DNA from: an uncultured Vicinamibacteraceae bacterium | GTDB taxonomy: Bacteria; Acidobacteriota; Vicinamibacteria; Vicinamibacterales; UBA8438 | NCBI GenBank assembly: GCA_964550305.1 | Contig: CAZJYU010000012.1 | Span: forward strand, 6,240-70,239 | DNA: 64,000 nucleotides | Direction of reading: 5' to 3' | Shown here: in pieces, positions 36,239 through 48,721 of the stretch | Layout of the letters: each line of letters starts with the position of its first letter | Position numbering within the stretch: position 1 is the stretch's first letter | Made by a program: the position numbers and the translations under genes | Notes under the pieces: generated by a model | Database searches by the model: none | Told to the model about the DNA's origin: nothing | Seen by the model: only the letters and a program-made list of their open reading frames with translations

Positions 36239-37537
36239 ATGGCGCGCGTGCTGTATCTCGACTGTTTCTCGGGCGCGGCGGGCGACATGATCGCCGGCGC
36301 GTTCGTCGACGCGGGCGTCCCGTTCGACGAACTGGTGCGCGTCGTCGACTCGCTCGGCCTGGACGGCGTGCGCATCAGCCACGATCGGGTGGATCGGAGC
36401 GGCGTTGGCGCGGCGAAGTTCCGCGTGCACGATCGCCAAGGCGGGCACCCAGGGCACGACCACGGCCACGGCCACGGCCACGACCACGGCCACGGCCACG
36501 ACCACGGCCACGGCCACGACCACCGCAGCCTGAGCGAAATCCTGCGGATTGTTGAGCGGTCGGCGCTCTCCACAGAGGCGTGCGCTCGTGCCGGGCGGTT
36601 GTTCCGGCGTCTGGCGGAGGTAGAGGCCGCGATCCACCGGATGCCGGTCGAAGAGGTGCACCTGCACGAGGTGGGGGCGGTGGATTCGATCGTGGACATC
36701 GTCTCGGCTGTGCGCGCGTTTGAGTGGCTGGCGCCCGAACGGGTGGTCGCCTCGCCGCTCAACGTCGGTTCCGGCACGGTGCGGTGCGCGCATGGCGAGA
36801 TGCCGGTGCCGGCTCCGGCCACCGCGGCGCTGCTGACCGGCGTGCCGGCCTATGCGGCAGGGCCGGCGGTCGAGCTGACGACGCCGACCGGCGCGCTGAT
36901 CGTTACCGAGTACGCGGAGGCATTCGGGCCGATGCCGTCCATGCGCGTCATGTCGATCGGGTACGGCGCCGGCGATCGCGACCTGGCGGATCGCCCTAAC
37001 GTCGTGCGTGCGCTGGTGGGGGAGTCGGTCGAAGCGGAGCGCGTCGATGCCCCGGCCGGCGACGGCTCGGAGGCGGTGGTCGACGGCCTCGAGCGGGTGG
37101 CGGTCCTCGAGTGTCAGATCGACGACATGAATCCCCAGCTCTACGGCATCCTGATGGATAGGCTCAGCGATGCGGGCGCGCTGGATGTCTTCTACGCGCC
37201 GATCCAGATGAAGAAGAACCGGCCGGGCATGCTGGTGACCGTGGTTGCTCCACCCGAACGGCGCGCCGCGCTCTCCGGGATCCTCTTCGCGGAGTCGACC
37301 ACCATCGGCGTTCGTGTCACCGGGACGCTCCGCGAGCGGCTGGACCGCGACGTCGTGACGGTAGACTCGCCGCTCGGTCCGGTCCGCTTCAAGGTGGCGC
37401 GGCGGAACGGAACCGTACTGAACGCCGCGCCCGAATTCGAAGATTGCGCCCGCCTGGCGGCGCAGCACGGCCTCGCCGTGAAGGCCGTGCAGGCGGTTGC
37501 GGTCAAGGCCTGGCTCGACCGCGCGCCGTTGGAGTGA
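36239..37537 (+). CDS. larC: nickel-pincer cofactor biosynthesis / nickel insertion protein LarC (DUF111)
   Basis: 'LYLDCFSGAAGDM', 'VHLHEVGAVDSIVDIV' and 'GEMPVPAPAT', plus a His-rich insert. The ATG at 36239 lies inside listed ORF 36158..37537. Confidence 0.85.
   Translation: MARVLYLDCFSGAAGDMIAGAFVDAGVPFDELVRVVDSLGLDGVRISHDRVDRSGVGAAKFRVHDRQGGHPGHDHGHGHGHDHGHGHDHGHGHDHRSLSEILRIVERSALSTEACARAGRLFRRLAEVEAAIHRMPVEEVHLHEVGAVDSIVDIVSAVRAFEWLAPERVVASPLNVGSGTVRCAHGEMPVPAPATAALLTGVPAYAAGPAVELTTPTGALIVTEYAEAFGPMPSMRVMSIGYGAGDRDLADRPNVVRALVGESVEAERVDAPAGDGSEAVVDGLERVAVLECQIDDMNPQLYGILMDRLSDAGALDVFYAPIQMKKNRPGMLVTVVAPPERRAALSGILFAESTTIGVRVTGTLRERLDRDVVTVDSPLGPVRFKVARRNGTVLNAAPEFEDCARLAAQHGLAVKAVQAVAVKAWLDRAPLE
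36455..36523 (+). repeat. In-frame coding tandem repeat (CAC-GRC units; 18-nt HDHGHG period) encoding a His-rich tract in LarC
   Basis: The nucleotides read cacgac cacggc cacggc cacggc cacgac cacggc cacggc cacgac cacggc cacggc cacgac cac. This translates to HDHGHGHGHDHGHGHDHGHGHDH. Confidence 0.9.
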
Positions 37538-37542
37538 TCACG

Positions 37543-39522
37543 ATGTCGCGGTTCTATCTCACGACAGCCATCGACTATGTCAATTCGCGGCCCCATCTCG
37601 GGACCGCCTACGAGAAGGTCACGGCGGACGTCATCGCGCGCTACAAGCGGCTGTGCGGCGTCGACGCGCGCTTCCTGATGGGGAACGACGAGCATTCGCA
37701 GAACGTCTTCCAGCGGGCTCGCGAACTGGGAGAGGAGCCGGTCGCGTTCTGCGATCGGATGGAGACCGCGTTCCGCGATGTCTGGACGCGCCTCGACCTC
37801 TCGTTCGACGACTTCATCCGGACCACCGAGGCGCGCCACCGGATCAGCGTTACCACGCTGGTCTCCCGCATGGCCGAGGCGGGAGACATCTACGACGGTG
37901 TCTACGAGGGCTGGTACTGCGTCTCGTGCGAGGCGTTCAAGCAGGAGAAGGATCTCGACGACGGCAACTGCCCGGTCCACCGGAAGCCGCCCGAGTGGAT
38001 CCGCGAGAAGAACTATTTCTTCCGCCTTTCGAAGTACCGCGACCGGCTGGTCGACCACTACGCGCAGCACCCGTCGTTTCTCGAGCCGGAGATCCGCCGG
38101 AACGAAATCCTCCGTCTCCTCGAGGCGGGCCTGGACGACATTTCCGTGAGCCGAACCGGACAGTCGTGGGGCATTCCGGTTCCGTCGGATCCCGCGAGTG
38201 TCATCTATGTCTGGGTGGATGCACTGATCAACTACATCTCGGGCGTCGGTTACGGCACGGACGACGGGCTGTTCGAGCGATGGTGGCCGGCTGACCTGCA
38301 CGTCATCGGTAAGGACATCACGCGGTTCCACTGTGTCGTCTGGCCGGCCATGCTCATGAGCGCCGGCGTGGAGCTGCCCCGGCAGGTTTTCGGACACGGT
38401 TGGGTCCACTGGCAGGGTCAGAAGATGAGCAAATCGCTCGGCACCGTGGTCGATCCGCTGGAAGCAGCCGACCGCCTCGGCCCCGATCCGCTGCGCCTCT
38501 ACCTGACTAAGGAGATTGCGTTCGGCGCGGACGGCGACTTCACCTGGGACCGGTTCGAGAAACGCTACAACGTCGATCTGGCGAACAACCTCGGGAACCT
38601 GGTCTCGCGGCTGGCCTCGATGGGCACACGCTACCGGCAGGGGCGGCTGGCGGCGCCGCGGAGCGGGCCCGGCCCGCTGGCGGAGGCGGCGTCGCGCGCG
38701 GTGACGGCTTATCGCAACGCCATGGACGTCTACGCACTCCATCGCGGGGCGGCGGCGGCGTTCGACCTGATCGATGCCGCGAACGAGTACATCGCCCGCG
38801 AGGAGCCGTGGGCGACGGCCCGCGATCCGGAACGGGCCGCGGAGCTCGACCGTCAGCTTTGGGATGTCAGCGAGGCGGTTCGGATTGCGGCCGTCCTGCT
38901 GACGCCGGTGATGCCGCGATCCTGCGCCGAGATTCTCACCCGACTCGGCGCGCCGGCCGCGGAGGGTGGACTCCGGCTCGACCGGGACGCGGCCTGGATC
39001 GGCCCGCCGGGGGCGGAACGCCGGCTGGCCGGGGGACCGCCGCTGTGGCCGCGCCTCGATGCGAAACCGAAGTCCGGCGCGAAGGCGCCGCCACCAGCGA
39101 AGGAGCAACCGAGAATGGCTAGAGACGGTTCGGAGACTCACGATGCGCCGCCACCGGATACGCCCGCTGCGGACACGGCGCCCGCGACGCCGCAGATCAC
39201 GATCGACGACTTCCTGAAGGTCGAACTGCGGATTGGCCGCGTCGTCACGGCCGAACCGGTACCGAAGTCGCGGAAGCTGATCCGGCTGGAGATTAACGAC
39301 GGCGGCACGGTTCGCCAGGTGCTGGGCGGCCTCGCGAAGTCGTACGAACCGGGCGCCCTGGTGGGCCGGCACGTGGTCTTCGTCGCGAACCTGAAGCCGG
39401 CGAAGCTGGCTGGCCTCGAGTCGCGCGGCATGGTGCTCGCGGCCCTCGACGCCGACGGCGAGGCGGTGCTCCTGACGGTGGACGATTCCTCACGCGCCCC
39501 GGCCGGTTCCGCCGTCCGATGA
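37543..39522 (+). CDS. metG: methionine--tRNA ligase with C-terminal tRNA-binding (EMAP/Trbp111-like) domain
   Basis: 'YVNSRPHLGTAYE' (HIGH-type), 'KMSKSLG' (KMSKS), and C-terminal 'ITIDDFLKVELRIGRVV..AEPVPKSRKLIRLEI'. Confidence 0.95.
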   Translation: MSRFYLTTAIDYVNSRPHLGTAYEKVTADVIARYKRLCGVDARFLMGNDEHSQNVFQRARELGEEPVAFCDRMETAFRDVWTRLDLSFDDFIRTTEARHRISVTTLVSRMAEAGDIYDGVYEGWYCVSCEAFKQEKDLDDGNCPVHRKPPEWIREKNYFFRLSKYRDRLVDHYAQHPSFLEPEIRRNEILRLLEAGLDDISVSRTGQSWGIPVPSDPASVIYVWVDALINYISGVGYGTDDGLFERWWPADLHVIGKDITRFHCVVWPAMLMSAGVELPRQVFGHGWVHWQGQKMSKSLGTVVDPLEAADRLGPDPLRLYLTKEIAFGADGDFTWDRFEKRYNVDLANNLGNLVSRLASMGTRYRQGRLAAPRSGPGPLAEAASRAVTAYRNAMDVYALHRGAAAAFDLIDAANEYIAREEPWATARDPERAAELDRQLWDVSEAVRIAAVLLTPVMPRSCAEILTRLGAPAAEGGLRLDRDAAWIGPPGAERRLAGGPPLWPRLDAKPKSGAKAPPPAKEQPRMARDGSETHDAPPPDTPAADTAPATPQITIDDFLKVELRIGRVVTAEPVPKSRKLIRLEINDGGTVRQVLGGLAKSYEPGALVGRHVVFVANLKPAKLAGLESRGMVLAALDADGEAVLLTVDDSSRAPAGSAVR

Positions 39523-40334
39523 TCGATTCCCACTGCCATCTCGCCGACGAGCAGTTCGCATCCGACCTCGACGACGTCGTGGCCCGGGCGCGCAACGCCG
39601 GCGTCACTACGGCGCTGGCGATCCTTGATGCCACCAGTGCGGCCGAGGCGGCGCGGGCCGATCGCGTCGTCGCCGCCTGGCCCGCGGTCCGCTTCGCCGT
39701 GGGAGTGCATCCGCACCAGGCGGGCGCCTTCATCGACGATCCCGGTGGCGTGGAGTCGCTTGTCCGGGAAGCGTACGCCGCGCGCCCCGGGGCGGTGGCG
39801 ATCGGCGAGATCGGTCTCGACTACCACTACGACTTCGCGCCGCGCGCGACCCAGGTGGAGGTGTTCCGCCGGCAGATCGCCCTCGCGCGGGGGATGCGAC
39901 GGCCGGTGGTGATCCACACGCGCGAAGCGGACGACGACACGATCGATGCGATCCGCGGTGAGGGCAGCGGCGAACTGACCGGCGTCTTCCATTGCTTCAC
40001 GGGCGACGCCACGTTCGCCCGGCGGGCGCTGGACCTGGGATTCCATGTTTCGTTCTCCGGCATCGTGACGTTCCGAAACACCGATGCGATCCGGGAGGCG
40101 GCTCGCATCGTCCCGGCGGACCAATTGCTCGTCGAGACCGATAGCCCCTACCTCGCCCCCGTACCGTTCCGGGGCAAGCGGAACGAGCCGGCCAGAGTGG
40201 CGCGCGTCGTCGAGGCCGTGGCGGGGACGCGCGGCGCAACGGTGACGGACACCATCGCGCAGACCAGCCTGGCCTACCACCGGCTGTTCGATCCGGCGCC
40301 CGCAGAGGCGGCCGGGGACGACGTCGGCCCCTGA
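39519..40334 (+). CDS. tatD: TatD-family metal-dependent hydrolase
   Basis: 'MIDSHCHL', 'IGEIGLDYHY', 'PVVIHTREA' and 'LVETDSPYLAP'. Confidence 0.9.
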   Translation: MIDSHCHLADEQFASDLDDVVARARNAGVTTALAILDATSAAEAARADRVVAAWPAVRFAVGVHPHQAGAFIDDPGGVESLVREAYAARPGAVAIGEIGLDYHYDFAPRATQVEVFRRQIALARGMRRPVVIHTREADDDTIDAIRGEGSGELTGVFHCFTGDATFARRALDLGFHVSFSGIVTFRNTDAIREAARIVPADQLLVETDSPYLAPVPFRGKRNEPARVARVVEAVAGTRGATVTDTIAQTSLAYHRLFDPAPAEAAGDDVGP

Positions 40335-40385
40335 ACCGCCTCGTGCATTGACGGTCGGCGCGCATATATGGTGTGATTCCGTCGC

Positions 40386-44056
<3,671 letters not shown>

Positions 44057-44168
44057 AGTCTGAGGATGCTTGTGGGGAGGCCGTCTTGGGGCGTCTCGCG
44101 GCCCTGACTCGACGTCGGCAGGGCACACTGCCATTGCAGGAACCCAGACGGCAGACGCTGCACCGAGG

Positions 44169-44750
44169 ATGAGGTTCGTCGGCAAGGTGCGAAAGGCGGT
44201 CGCGGTCGGTTTCGTGGCCGGCATCGGTACCATCGGCATACAGGATGTCGATGCTGGTCAAGGTGTAGATGCCGACGGGGCAACCGACTTCACTGCCCGC
44301 CGCCGGCGACGCCCCTTCGTCGAGCGGCCCGTCGAGCCGGACGATCCCGACGACTGCACGGTTGCGTTTTGCGTCCTCGACATCGAAACGACCGGGTTGT
44401 CTACGGAGCGGGACGCCATTATCGAAATTGCGGTCATCCGCAGCCAGACGCGGGATGGTGTTACTCGGGAGCAAGTGCTGGACGAGTTGGTGCGTCCGTC
44501 AGGGAACATCCCCAAGCGGATTCGTGAGCTGACCGGCATCACGAACGAAATGGTGGCGGACGCGGACACCATAGACCGGGTGCTGCCGCGGATCGCCGCG
44601 TTCGTCGGTGACGCTCCGATCGCTGAACTCTTGTGCCCGTGGCGTGGCAGAGCAGTAGATTCAACGCGCTGGGAGCTCCCAGGCCGGACCCAGACCGGCT
44701 GGTACAATTGCCCGCGAACGGGCTATCCAACTTACGCTTCGGCATCATGA
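44169..44750 (+). pseudogene. Truncated DnaQ-like 3'-5' exonuclease gene (only the Exo I part retained)
   Basis: 'FCVLDIETTGLSTERDAIIEIAVI...LVRPSGNIPKRIRELTGITNEMVADADTIDRVLPRIAAFVGDAPI' matches the N-terminal half of epsilon-type exonucleases. After about 44621 the frame runs into unrelated sequence, with no 'H-N-x-x-F-D' Exo II motif or Exo III motif, and then into the next gene. Confidence 0.55.
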
Positions 44751-46120
44751 TTTACCGCATCCTGGTGATCGACGACGAAGCGGAGATTCGCGAATCGCTG
44801 AAGCGGATCCTGGTGTACGACGGCTACGAGTGCCTGGTTGCCGCCAATGCGCAGTCCGGACTGGCGCGCATCGGTAAGGACGAACCGGACCTGGTCCTCC
44901 TCGACATCAAGATGCCCGGCATGGACGGCCTGGACGCCTTGCGCCGTATCCGGAAGACCGACGAGCTGCTGCCGGTCGTGATGATCTCGGGCCACGGCGA
45001 CGTCGGCACTGCGGTCGAGGCGACGAAACTGGGGGCGTTCGATTTCCTTGAGAAACCACTCACGTCGCAGCGGGTCACCCTCACCATCCGGAATGCGCTG
45101 CGCCAGCGGCGGCTCGGGGCGGAGAATCGGCAGTTGCGGCGCCGTGAGGACGAACGCTACCGGATGGTGGGCGAGAGCGCGGCCCTCAACGACCTGGCGG
45201 CGAAGGTCGGGCGGGCCGCCGCGGTCCGGAGCGCGGTGCTCATCCAGGGGGAGAGCGGTGTCGGGAAGGAACTGGTCGCGCGCGCCCTGTATCGCCAGAG
45301 CCCGCGCGCCGCGGAACGGTTCGTCCAGGTCAACTGCGCCGCAATCCCGCACGAGCTTATCGAGTCGGAGCTGTTCGGGCACGAGAAGGGATCGTTCACC
45401 GGCGCCGCCGACCGGCAGATCGGGAAGTTCGAGCAAGCGGATCGCGGCACGATCTTTCTCGACGAGGTAGGGGACATGTCGCTCGCGGCGCAGGCAAAGG
45501 TGCTCCGCGTGCTGCAGGAAGGGGAGGTCGAGCGGCTCGGCTCGAACCGTACCATCAAGGTGGACGTCCGCGTGGTCGCCGCCACCAACCGGGAACTGAC
45601 CCAGGCGATCGAGGCAGGCACATTCCGCGAGGATCTCTACTTCCGGCTCAGCGTCATCCCGATCCGGGTGCCTCCGCTCCGCGAGCGGCCGGAGGACATC
45701 CCGCTGCTGGTGCGCCACTTCGCCGAGGTATTCGCGCGGGAAAACCACGTACGGCCGACACCGTTCACCGACGCGGCGGTCGAGGCGCTGGCGGCGCGGC
45801 GGTGGCGCGGCAACGTGCGCGAGCTACGCAACACGGTCGAGCGGTTGAGCGTGATGGCATCGGGACCGACGATCACGCTCGACGACATCCGTGCCCTGAC
45901 CCTCGTCGACGGGCGGGCTTCGGGCCCGGCCACCGGAGGGAGGCCGGCGCCGCGGACGCTGCGCGAGTTCAAGGAGGCGGGCGAGCGGGCGTTCCTCGTC
46001 GAAAAGCTCCGCGCCTTCGGCTGGAACGTGTCGAAGACGGCCGAGGAGATCGACACGCCCCGTAGTAACCTCTACAAGAAACTCGAGCACTACAACATCA
46101 GCCAGGAGGCTGACGGGTAG
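44747..46120 (+). CDS. sigma-54-dependent response regulator (NtrC family: REC-AAA+-Fis HTH)
   Basis: REC 'ILVIDDE..LVLLDIKMPGMDG', Walker A 'GESGVGKE', 'GAFTGA'-type loop 'GSFTGA', 'FREDLYFRL', and C-terminal 'NVSKTAEEIDTPRSNLYKKL'. The ATG at 44747 lies inside listed ORF 44633..46120. Confidence 0.92.
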   Translation: MIYRILVIDDEAEIRESLKRILVYDGYECLVAANAQSGLARIGKDEPDLVLLDIKMPGMDGLDALRRIRKTDELLPVVMISGHGDVGTAVEATKLGAFDFLEKPLTSQRVTLTIRNALRQRRLGAENRQLRRREDERYRMVGESAALNDLAAKVGRAAAVRSAVLIQGESGVGKELVARALYRQSPRAAERFVQVNCAAIPHELIESELFGHEKGSFTGAADRQIGKFEQADRGTIFLDEVGDMSLAAQAKVLRVLQEGEVERLGSNRTIKVDVRVVAATNRELTQAIEAGTFREDLYFRLSVIPIRVPPLRERPEDIPLLVRHFAEVFARENHVRPTPFTDAAVEALAARRWRGNVRELRNTVERLSVMASGPTITLDDIRALTLVDGRASGPATGGRPAPRTLREFKEAGERAFLVEKLRAFGWNVSKTAEEIDTPRSNLYKKLEHYNISQEADG

Positions 46121-46137
46121 CGCCGATCCTTGACATT

Positions 46138-46548
46138 CCGCCGCAGTCGGCCGGACGACCGCTGCGTCCGGTGCGGTGCGCCGCGCCGAACGGGGAGGAA
46201 AGTCCGAACTCCGCAGGGCAGTGCGCCGGGTAACGCCCGGTCAGGGTGACCTGAAGGAAAGTGGCACAGAAAACATACCGCCGGTGGGCTCTTTCGGGTC
46301 CCGGCCGGTAAGGGTGAAATGGTGCGGTAAGAGCGCACCGCGTTCCCTGCAAGGGGGATGGCAGGCTAAACCCCGCACGGAGCAAGACCAAATAGGGAGG
46401 CGTTGGAGGGCGGCCCGCCCGAGGCCTTCGGGTAGGTCGCTTGATCCCGCCAGCGATGGCGGGGCCAGAGGAATGGTCGTCACCGCGCGCGTTGCGACCC
46501 GTCGCCCGCGCTCGGCACAGAATTCGGCTTACGGCCGGTCTGCGGCGG
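46138..46548 (+). ncRNA. rnpB: RNase P RNA, bacterial type A
   Basis: Universally conserved blocks are present: 'GGGGAGGAAAGTCCGAAC', 'ACAGAAAACATACCGCC', 'GGTAAGGGTGAAATGGTGCGGTAAGAGCGCACCG', 'GAGCAAGACCAAATAGG' and 'ACAGAATTCGGCTTAC'. P1 pairing joins 46138-46153 (CCGCCGCAGTCGGCCG) with 46532-46548 (CGGCCGGTCTGCGGCGG). Ends are accurate to about +/-5 nt. Confidence 0.93.
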
Positions 46549-46583
46549 ACCCTGCCGGGTCGCTGCGGCGGAGGGAAGGCAGT

Positions 46584-47744
46584 ATGCAACGTGGACGTTT
46601 CCGGGCATTGTCCGGCGCCGCAGCTACTCTGGTGGCGGGCGTCGCGGCGGCGCTCTCGGTGATCGGCGCCGAGGCGCAGCGTGGTGGGGACGAGCGCCGG
46701 TCGAACGAGCCTGCCCTGACCGTCGAGGACTACACACCGCGCTCCACCCTGATTGTCGACGAGAACCCGGTTCCCCGCGCACGGTACCCCGCCATCGACA
46801 TCCACAGCCATCACCGCCCCGGCCTCTCCGGTGACCGCTGGCGCCAGATTGTCGACGAGATGGACGGGCTCAACCTGCAGGTCCTGGTCAACCTGAGTGG
46901 CGGAACGGGGGCGCGACTCGAGCGGTGCGTGGAGACGATCCGCGCGAGCAGCCATCCCAACCGGATGGTCTGCTTCGCCAATCTCGATTTCCGGAGCGGG
47001 ATCGGCCCCGGCTTCGGGGCGCGGGCGGCAGCGCAGTTGGAGCGGGATGTCGCGGCGGGGGCGGTCGGGCTGAAGTTCTTCAAGAACTTCGGGATCGACG
47101 TGCGTGATGTGCATGGCGACCGCGTGCCGGTCGATCACCCGGAACTCGATCCGGTCTTCGAGACCGCCGGACGGCTGGGTGTCCCGGTCCTGATGCATGT
47201 CGGGGAGCCGCAGTCGTTCTACGACCCCGTCGATCGCTTCAACGAACGGTGGCTCGAGTTGACGCTGCTGCCCGGGCGCCGGCTGCCGGCCGACCGCTAC
47301 CCGAGCTTCGAGACGATGATGGCGGAGCGTGACCGCCGTTTCGCGCGGCACCCGCAAACCCGGTTCATCGCGGCGCACATGGGCTGGCACGCCAACGACC
47401 TCGGGCGGCTCGGCGAGCTGCTCGAACGGTTGCCCAACGTGTGGGTAGAGACCGGCGCCATCCTGTACGAGCTGGGACGCCAGCCCCGGACGGCGCGCGA
47501 GTTCTTCATCGCACACCAGGATCGGGTGCTCTTCGGGAAGGACCGCTACGCGCCGGAGGAGTTCCCGTACTACTGGCGGACATTCGAGACGCGCGACGAG
47601 TACTTCGATTACTACCGGCGCTACCATGCGTTCTGGAAGATGTACGGCATGGACCTGCCGGATGGCGTGCTGCGGAAGCTGTACTACGCGAACGCGCTCG
47701 CGCTGATCCCCGGCATCGACCCGTCGCAGTTTCCCGACCGTTGA
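46584..47744 (+). CDS. secreted amidohydrolase-family (TIM-barrel metallo-hydrolase) protein
   Basis: Signal peptide, then 'AIDIHSHH' (HxH), then 'PVLMHVGE'. SD GGAGGGAAGG lies upstream. The ATG at 46584 lies inside listed ORF 46176..47744, which would otherwise overlap rnpB. Confidence 0.8.
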   Translation: MQRGRFRALSGAAATLVAGVAAALSVIGAEAQRGGDERRSNEPALTVEDYTPRSTLIVDENPVPRARYPAIDIHSHHRPGLSGDRWRQIVDEMDGLNLQVLVNLSGGTGARLERCVETIRASSHPNRMVCFANLDFRSGIGPGFGARAAAQLERDVAAGAVGLKFFKNFGIDVRDVHGDRVPVDHPELDPVFETAGRLGVPVLMHVGEPQSFYDPVDRFNERWLELTLLPGRRLPADRYPSFETMMAERDRRFARHPQTRFIAAHMGWHANDLGRLGELLERLPNVWVETGAILYELGRQPRTAREFFIAHQDRVLFGKDRYAPEEFPYYWRTFETRDEYFDYYRRYHAFWKMYGMDLPDGVLRKLYYANALALIPGIDPSQFPDR

Positions 47745-47761
47745 CCCACGCGGGCGCGACG

Positions 47762-48721
47762 ATGGCACGCTACCTGGTGACCGGCGGCGCGGGTTTCATC
47801 GGTTCGCACGTCGCCGAGGCGTTGAGCGCCCGCGGCGACGCCGTCCGGGTGGTCGACGACCTGTCGACCGGCGACCGGGAGAACCTGGCGGGTGCGCTGG
47901 ATGTCGAGTTCGTCGAGGCGGACCTGGCAGCCGGCGGCGCGGCGGTCCGCGCGGTGGCCGGTATCGATCACGTAATTCACCTCGCCGCCATCCCGTCGGT
48001 TCCCCGTTCGGTGCGGCAGCCGGAGCGATGCCACCGGGCCAATGTCGACGCGACCCACGCCCTCCTCGTGGCGGCGCGCGACGCCGGGGTCCGGCGTGTC
48101 GTCCTGGCCAGTTCGTCGGCGGTGTACGGCGAGACCGCAATGCTCCCGAAGCGCGAGGACGTGTGCCCGGCGCCGCTCTCGCCGTATGCGCTGCACAAGC
48201 TGATCGGCGAGGAGTACGCCGCACTGTTCACCCGGCTATACGGCCTCGAGACCGTCGCGTTGCGTTTCTTCAACGTCTTTGGCCCGCGGCAGGCGCCGTC
48301 GTCACAGTACTCCGGCGTCATCTCGCTGTTTACTGCAGCGTTGCTCGCGGGGCGCTCCCCGACAATCTATGGCGACGGCGAGCAGACGCGCGACTTCACG
48401 TACGTCGGAGATGTCGTGACGGCGGTGCTGGCCGCGTGCACGGCGCCGGCCGGCGCGGTCGCAGGCCGGGCGATCAACATCGCGCGTGGGGCCCGCACCT
48501 CGGTGAATGCGCTGTATGCTGCGTTGCAACGGGTGACCGGCGCGAGCGGCGTGGAACCTGCCTACGCCGGCGGGCGACCAGGTGACATTCGCGATTCGCA
48601 GGCGGACATCACGCTGGCCCGCGAGCTGCTCGGTTTCGAACCGTCCGTAACCGTGGAGGAGGGGCTCCGGCGCACCGTCGCGTGGCAGCGGTCGGCGCCG
48701 GCGCCCCCGCAGCCGTCATGA
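47762..48721 (+). CDS. NAD-dependent sugar-nucleotide epimerase (GalE/WbpP-like SDR)
   Basis: 'YLVTGGAGFIGSH', 'SSSAVYG', 'YALHK' and 'RFFNVFGPRQ'. Confidence 0.88.
   Translation: MARYLVTGGAGFIGSHVAEALSARGDAVRVVDDLSTGDRENLAGALDVEFVEADLAAGGAAVRAVAGIDHVIHLAAIPSVPRSVRQPERCHRANVDATHALLVAARDAGVRRVVLASSSAVYGETAMLPKREDVCPAPLSPYALHKLIGEEYAALFTRLYGLETVALRFFNVFGPRQAPSSQYSGVISLFTAALLAGRSPTIYGDGEQTRDFTYVGDVVTAVLAACTAPAGAVAGRAINIARGARTSVNALYAALQRVTGASGVEPAYAGGRPGDIRDSQADITLARELLGFEPSVTVEEGLRRTVAWQRSAPAPPQPS

Noticed and set aside
36455-36523. CRISPR-like or regulatory tandem repeat.
   Set aside because: The repeat unit is 6 or 18 nt without spacers. It lies in frame inside larC and encodes the His-rich tract.
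40348-40377. Sigma-70 promoter TTGACG ... TGTGAT upstream of the polyprenyl synthase gene.
   Set aside because: The -35 is good, but the best -10 candidates have poor sequence or wrong spacing. This is too weak to report as a feature.
46130-46135. TTGACA hexamer just upstream of rnpB as a -35 promoter element.
   Set aside because: It lies only about 3 nt before the P1 stem, so a transcript from it would start roughly 30 nt inside the RNA. No -10 box sits at the right distance.
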